DNA of 64,000 nucleotides, taken from Octopus sinensis (taxonomy: Eukaryota). The notes beneath the pieces were generated by a model. It was given only the letters and a program-made list of their open reading frames with translations. It was not told the origin of the DNA and did no database searches. The DNA is taken from NCBI RefSeq assembly GCF_006345805.1, contig NC_043007.1:15128001-15192000 (forward strand). Reading direction: 5' to 3'. The position numbers were made by a program, and so were the translations under genes. This document shows, piece after piece, positions 56,257-64,000 of this stretch; the first letter of the stretch is position 1, and each line of letters starts with the position of its first letter.

Positions 56257-57604
56257 GTACATATATACGACGGGCTTCTTTCAGTTTCCGTCTACCAAAT
56301 CCACTCACAAGGCTTTGGTCGTCCCGAGGCTATAGTAGAAGACACTTGCCCAAGGTGCCACACAGTGGGACTGAACTCGGAACCATGTGGTTGGTAAGCA
56401 AGCTACTTACCACGCAGCCACTCCTATGCGTATAAAAAATTACTAACTAGATCTCCTGTAAATTCTGGAAGAGATTTGATACCACCACCTATGGGTTGTA
56501 TTACTACTTCTCAATACCCATGCCTACTGGACCAACGAAGCCACAATATATGCACTCACACAGTAATATAGACATTAAAAGAGAGAGAAGTGAACAAAGA
56601 AAGAGAGAGAAAAAGGGTGAGAGAAGCATATTACAATTCAAGGCGGCGAGCTGGCAGAAACGTTAGCACGCCGGGCGAAATGCGTAGCTGTATTTCGTCT
56701 GCCGTTACGTCCTGAGTTCAAATTCCGCCCAGGTCGACTTTGCCTTTCATCCTTTCGGGGTCGATTAAATAAGTACCAGTTACCCACTGGGGTCGATGTA
56801 ATCGACTTAATCCGTTTGTCTGTCCTTGTTCGTCCCCTCTGTGTTTAGCCCCTTGTGGGTAGCAAAGAAATAATATTACAATTATTAATTGAACACGTTT
56901 GACATAAGCACTATCGCTCTTGTCTCACATAAAGAGAAATGCGTTTACACACCTAAGAGACGGGGAGAGATTTGTTACTTTATTTCATCGATGTTTATTA
57001 ATTGGCTAAGTAACTTTACATACATTCGGACATAAAATGAGAGGACACTGGTTTGCATGCACACGGAAATACACTCACGCAATCACATATACAAACACAC
57101 ACACGCACGCACACACACATACACACACACACATATGTACTGCCCATACATATGCACCACACACGGACACATACACAAATAGTTTACTTTCACTGAATGC
57201 TTATCGTACAACTCGAATTTCACGTCACTGCGATCCTCAGGCGGGAACCGTTGAAATATCGTGTTTTAGCTTATTTGTATTCGTTCGCATATTCAGAAAG
57301 ATAAAAGCTAATTTACTTAGATAAAAAAAGATAACTTTGGAATAGACACAATTAACGAATTACAATCACACCAATCAAATAAAATGAATTTCATCTGACT
57401 GAATTGTAACAATTCTCCAAAGAAGACTGAAGTGTCTCGAGGCATTTAGTTGAAATAAACTATAATCATTTATTTGATTGAATTCGAAGTGTGAGACTAG
57501 TTTCAGAGCGTCTGAGACAGAGAGACGACACTAACCTCAAATCGGAAATCTAGCCTGCATGCTTACAACAGAGTGGACTCGGCTATACTATACTATATAT
57601 ATAT

Positions 57605-57648
<44 letters not shown>

Positions 57649-57654
57649 ATATTG

Positions 57655-57685
<31 letters not shown>

Positions 57686-58159
57686 TTGTGTCTGTGTGTT
57701 TGTATGTGTGTCTGTGTGTCTGTGTGTGTATGTGTGTGCGTGCGTATGTGTACGTGTGCGTGTGTTTGTATACGCTTATGTGTGTGTCTTTGTGTGTCTA
57801 TGTTTGTCCCCCACACAATTTGACAACTGCTGTTGGTGTGCTTACGCCTAGGTAACTTACCGGTTCGTCATAAGTTATCGATAGAATAATTACTAGGCTT
57901 AGAAAAGTCCTGGAGTCGATTTGTTCGACTAAACCCCTTCAAGGCGGTGTCTCAGCATAGCCACTGTCAAATGGCTGAAACAAATAGAATATATATATAT
58001 ATGTCGCAACTCATGTCTACAGCTGAGTTAACTGGAGCAACGTGAAATAAAGTGTCTTGCTCAAGAACACAACACGCAGCCTGGTTCCGGAATCGAACTG
58101 ACAACCTCACAATAGTAAGCTCGATGCTCTAACCACTGAACCATGCGTCTTCATGTATG

Positions 58160-58218
<59 letters not shown>

Positions 58219-59454
58219 ATGTGCAGATTTTTTCAGTTTTGCTTTATATATGCATTCTCATTTTACAGTTCCAGTGATGAATTGGATCTGTAGTCTTCGA
58301 ATTAGCTTTCTCTTTTCTGGTTTTGAGAAGCCAAATTACTCAAGATTGGTATTTAGGCAGTATGAATGTATGTATGTAACGTATGAATTTATGCACATGC
58401 TAAGTTTCTGCGCTGTTTCCACATCCAAATTCCTCTCACTAGGTATTAGGAAAATAAAAGGCGGTGAGCTGGCAGAATCGTTAGCACGCCGAGCGAAATG
58501 CTTGGCGGTATTTCGTCTGCCGTTACGTTCTGAGTTCAAATTCCGCCGAGGTCGACTTTGCCTTTCATCCTTTCGGGGTCGATAGATTAAGTACCAGTTA
58601 TGCACTGGGGTCGATTTGATCGACTTAATCCATTTGTCTGTCATTGTTCGTCCCCTCTGTGTTTAGCTCCTTGTGGGTAGTAAAAAATAGGTATTTTGTC
58701 TGCCGTTACGTTGTGAGTTCAAATTCCGCCGAGGTCGACTTTACCTTTCTTCCTTTCGGAGTCGATTAAATAAGTACCAGTTACGTACTGCGGTCGACAT
58801 AATCGACTTAATCCGCTTGTCTGTGTTTAGCCCCTCGTGTGTAGTAAAGAAATAGGTATTAGGAAAATACGAGGCTTCAGAAAAGTGCACTTGCCTGATG
58901 TATTGCGCAGTAGGATTGAACCAGGAGCCATATTCCTGTGAAGCTAAGATTACCTGTGCAGGAAAAACTTAATAACTTTTTCTATTCTAATTGGATAAAG
59001 ATTAATTGGAATCTCTTAAGTCTTAAAAAGGTTGTATAGTGTAATAACTGTAAAACCGTGAGAAGGTGACATTAAATTTAATAATACGCGAAAGGAATAT
59101 ATAATGCATAATGATCATTTTATTAATAGGATTTAATATTTCTTATCATAATCTAAATTTTCCAGGCCAACAAATAAATAAATAATTAGATGAAAAATTA
59201 AATAAATAAATAAAAATAGCTATTTTTCTGCATTAACGGTACTTCGCGTGGATTTAAAAAATGACTGATAAGTAAAATTGCTGTGCCAAAACTAATCAAT
59301 ATTTTATGTCAAGCAAATTAGAGAAGATAATGAGGACTTTTCTTTTTTTTTTTTTTCTATAATTTGTTCTATTTAGAAGTGGAAAGCGGTGACTAGCGCG
59401 CAGCACTGTAGCACCCCATGCAACACTTTTGATAACCGCACCGCACTGCAGGAC

Positions 59455-59499
59455 ACTGAAACACGATCTTAAATGCTCCCATTTATTTGACGTGCCAAT
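59455..59499 (-). promoter_or_regulatory. Candidate core promoter (CCAAT, CRE-like TGACGTG, TATA-like AAATAAAT, initiator TCAGT)
   Basis: Minus-strand TCAGT at 59459-59455, AAATAAAT about 24-31 nt upstream, adjacent TGACGTG and CCAAT. Lies in a GC-richer unique island oriented toward the CaM-like gene. Confidence 0.35.
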
Positions 59500-60764
59500 C
59501 GGCTTCAGCAAAAAAAAAAAAAGAAAGAAAAATGGCTTCAAATTTTGGCACAAGGTCGCCATTATAAAGACAGGGGCTTAGTCGATTACGTCGACCGCAG
59601 TGCTCATCTTGTACTTATTTCATCGACCCCGAAAGGATAACAATGAATGGTGACCTCAGCGGAATTTGAACTCGGAACGTAGAGACGGACCGAATGCTAC
59701 TAAGCATTTTTGCCAGGTAAAATGGTTAGCGGCCTTTCACCTGACTTTTTAAAACTGATGTAATACTTACAATGTTTAAGAAGATGAAGTCGAGGTAGAC
59801 TTTGCCTTTCCTTCTTACTTAAGGGGTTGATAAAATAAGTACCAGTTGAGTACTGAGGTCGATGTAATCGATTTATACCCTCCCCCCAAATTGCTTGCCT
59901 TATTTAATCGATCCCTAAAGGATGAAAGGCAAAGTCGACCTCAGCGGAATTTGAACTCAGAACGTAGCGGCCGGCGAAATACCTATTTCTTTACTACCCA
60001 CAAGGGACTAAACACAGAGAGGACAAACAAGGACAGACAACTGGATTAAGTCGATTATATCGACCCCAGTGCATAACTGGTACTTATTTAATCGACCCCG
60101 AAAGGATGAAAGGCAAAGTCGACCTGGGCGGAATTTGAACTCACAACGCAACGGCAGGCGAAATACCGCTAAGCATTTCGCCCGGCGTGCTAACGACTCT
60201 GCCAGCTCGCCGCCTTCTATTAATCACTATATAGCAACACCACGACATTTTGAAATAGCAATGTAAAATATATAAATAAACAGTTGTAGCGTCAACTGCG
60301 AATTGAAACCACTTGGCGGACTTGATTCTGGGAACGTTACTTATAACTAACAGACGCACATCATTATATTTAGGCGTTTCCGTTCTTTTTTCCACTGTTA
60401 CATTGACGATTTCTTTTTATCTACTTTCAAATTTGCGTATCACACATTAAGAGGTGTGAAAAAGAAATCACAATTATTAATATTTATCGATTTATTAAGC
60501 GTTATACAAATACTTTCTCTATGACACGCTAAGTACTTGTTTTCAGTATTGAAGAAGTAGAAAAAGGGGAAAAAAAAAAAATCGTCCTCTAAGTCTTAAT
60601 AACTATGTACTGTACAACATCGACCTAATTTCTCTCTATATCTTACTAAACAAGTTGTGTGTGCATGTCTATGTGTGTGTGTGTGCGTGTGTGTGTATGT
60701 CTGTGTGTGTAGGTCTGCAACTCTGTGTGTGTGTTTGTATATATAATATATATATATATATATT

Positions 60765-60797
<33 letters not shown>

Positions 60798-60852
60798 GTA
60801 TGTATATATATATGTATACATATATAAATATATATATGTTATATATATATTA

Positions 60853-60884
<32 letters not shown>

Positions 60885-60885
60885 C

Positions 60886-60953
<68 letters not shown>

Positions 60954-61462
60954 GTATGTATGAGGTGTGCATGGTTAATGTGTTTTAGGGTGATTTTTGT
61001 GGTTTTTAAACGTAGAAATCACCACACTGAACGCAACATCATCATCATCATCATCATCATCATCAACACAACAACCTCAATTCAATCAATTATCACAAAT
61101 TATCGTATTTAATCTCTCTCTTTCACAAAGCAGCTAGCCACTAAGCCGATTAGCAACAAGCAGTGGGCATTTGATAATCTGTTTAATTACAGCCGAGCAC
61201 GTGGCAATCCATGCACAGTGATTTACAGAATTCTCACTTTGAAGATCTACTGAAGGAAAAAAAAAAATAAAACGTTGAATAGAATTAAAGAAAATACAAA
61301 AAAAAAAACAATCTGGATAAATAAATATTCGTGTGATTTGATTGGATGTCATCAGCTATATCGATCGATTTCAATTGAATTAAATTTAGTGGTGGCTAAA
61401 GATAGGATTCATCACTCACTGGCTCGTGCAAGTAGAAGAGATTGTCTGTTGTGGATGGGAAG

Positions 61463-61494
<32 letters not shown>

Positions 61495-61548
61495 ATCTAT
61501 CTATGAATGTGCGTATAGATGTATACATGTATATGGATGTGTATGTAT

Positions 61549-61587
<39 letters not shown>

Positions 61588-61661
61588 CATACACAATTAT
61601 ATTAACACGCACATAAATAAAAAACAAATAAGTATTTGTATATATATTCTTTTATTCATTC

Positions 61662-61714
<53 letters not shown>

Positions 61715-61716
<2 letters not shown>

Positions 61717-61787
61717 GATGATAAATACATTTAATATAACCCATTTAAGTATAGGAGTATGTATGTATGTATCAATGTATGTATGTG

Positions 61788-61819
<32 letters not shown>

Positions 61820-61877
61820 TGTATGTACGTATAACGGCGGTGCATCAGCATGGCCGCAGCTCTGAGCTGAAACTAGG

Positions 61878-61924
<47 letters not shown>

Positions 61925-61995
61925 GATGATAAATACATTTAATATAACCCATTTAAGTATAGGAGTATGTATGTATGTATCAATGTATGTATGTG

Positions 61996-62027
<32 letters not shown>

Positions 62028-62078
62028 CGTATAACGGCGGTGCATCAGCATGGCCGCAGCTCTGAGCTGAAACTAGGG

Positions 62079-62093
<15 letters not shown>
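61715..62093 (+). repeat. ~208-bp tandem duplication bounded by (TA)n
   Basis: ATGATGATAAATACATTT...CTGAGCTGAAACTAGG(A)n present twice. Confidence 0.85.
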
Positions 62094-62135
<42 letters not shown>

Positions 62136-62771
62136 CACACACTATGCAAATATATATGAATATTCAGCTTTTGCAATAAAAATTTATAATTAAATTTAAT
62201 TAAATCGAAATGAAAATATGTTGTAGTGAGAAATTGACTCGGTTAAAGTTCTCGATAGAATAAATATGTAAACTCTAGAAGGTGGCTGTGTGAATAGCCA
62301 AAGGATAAAATCAATCCAGCTTATATACATAGGTATATAAATATGAATAGTTTTTAACAGTGGATCTCGAAGTAGATAAAGCTAGGAATAAATTATGTAA
62401 ATATTGAATTAAAAGACGCTTGGCTGGCAAATATCTAAGGCTACTGAAGTAACTCGAGCCCACATCTCGTGCTGTCATGACAGACGTTCTACCATTATAC
62501 CAAAGCAACCGTTCGAATTTCTCCATCAAGTTTAGAAACTTTCTTCTTACGCGTGATAATTGTATGCTATTTTGGTTAAAAGAATTTAGAAAGTTCGAGA
62601 GCCTTATCTACTTCGAGTTCTACCGTTAAAAACAATTTATTTCATATCCCTCGAAGTTCATAAATTCTTAGATATATACATATGCATATATATGCATATC
62701 TATGTGTGTATGTACACAAACATACTCACATGTATACACACAATCATATATAGTTATATACATGCATACAA

Positions 62772-62802
<31 letters not shown>

Positions 62803-62822
62803 CACACACGCACACACACCAC

Positions 62823-62907
<85 letters not shown>

Positions 62908-63552
62908 TGCTAAGTCTCTATGAGTCGCCCACTCGAAGTTTTTCCAACAATCCAGCTTATCTATTGACTTTCGATACATTTGCATCTTTCTTACTTAATC
63001 ACCAGTTGGAGTTGTTTGGGCGCCACCGAAAACAATTTAACCGTACGACAGGCTTCACATATAAGCCTTTAGCAATTTATAGGAATGTACAAATGTTAGA
63101 AAAACTGCAGTCACACAAATTCTACAGATAAGAAGCTGTCTATAGAACAGTTTCGATGAAAAATTCGTATGGAAACTTCTTATAAATGGTCGCTATAGCG
63201 GACTTATTAATATACACATATGTAACAAGTAGCATGGAGAGATATGTTTTACTTCTGATCATAGACCGTAGAGGGAGTTTTTAATAATGGAGATACTATG
63301 TAAGAAATTTACGATAGATCAGTTTTAGCAGTGGATGTGGTTTTATAATATATAATGGTACATCCACTGATATAGATGTTTTTGCTGAATTATTCTTATT
63401 TCTTGTAAGGTGTCGGTGTAGTCTGGGGGTATTCCTCAGAATGCTATTGGTGAAGTTAATTATCAGCCCCATTAGTCAAGGAGTTAGGTGTAGCTTTTAA
63501 TTCGAAATTTTACATGTATGTATGTATGTATGTATGTATGTATGTATGAATG

Positions 63553-63780
63553 TAATTCTCTTTTCTTTATTAATCATCATAAATCATCTACTGATGACGT
63601 AGCCGGTTTCCAGCAAAGATACAAGACTCCATCTTTGGGTTGTAGTTAACACAGACAAATTCACATTAGGAACTTGAGAAAAGTCTTACATATTTTTACT
63701 GTTCCACACACAGATTGAACTTGTAATGTATGAATTAGCCGGTCGATTTCTCTTTTTGAAAATCCCAGTTTATCCAGCTT
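63553..63780 (-). mobile_element. RLE non-LTR retrotransposon 3' end with (CATA)n tail
   Basis: Reverse complement matches 6380-6560 (..[12 protein letters not shown].. plus 3' UTR CCCAAAGATGGAG..GGAAACCGG). Confidence 0.75.
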
Positions 63781-63829
63781 TACGTATATAATATATATAT
63801 ATATATATATATACGTAATTTGTACCGTT

Positions 63830-63871
<42 letters not shown>

Positions 63872-63872
63872 G

Positions 63873-63998
<126 letters not shown>

Positions 63999-64000
63999 GT

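Overview
AT-rich, microsatellite-saturated eukaryotic DNA. The SINE families and the (TA)n/(CA)n/(CATA)n density are typical of a coleoid cephalopod, most likely Octopus (inference). The one host gene I can support is a minus-strand calmodulin-like gene with coding exons 47508-47538, 41915-42058, 25832-26074 and 22224-22252; the ATG-only exon is not firmly placed. It encodes a 4-EF-hand protein of about 149 aa, roughly 82% identical to canonical invertebrate calmodulin by manual comparison. The rest is repeat-derived: several tRNA-headed SINE families, Tc1/mariner relics and MITEs, a Helitron-like element, a CR1-type LINE tail, restriction-like-endonuclease (R4/Dong-type) LINE ends in (CATA)n tracts, and two Penelope-like (GIY-YIG) relics. 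The most striking unexplained structure is about a dozen short, mostly microsatellite-embedded elements carrying minimal type-I hammerhead ribozyme folds. Several are arranged as 80-200 bp near-perfect palindromes, and two carry covariant G3-C8 or U3-A8 cores. Almost all ORFs in the supplied track are microsatellite or SINE artefacts.
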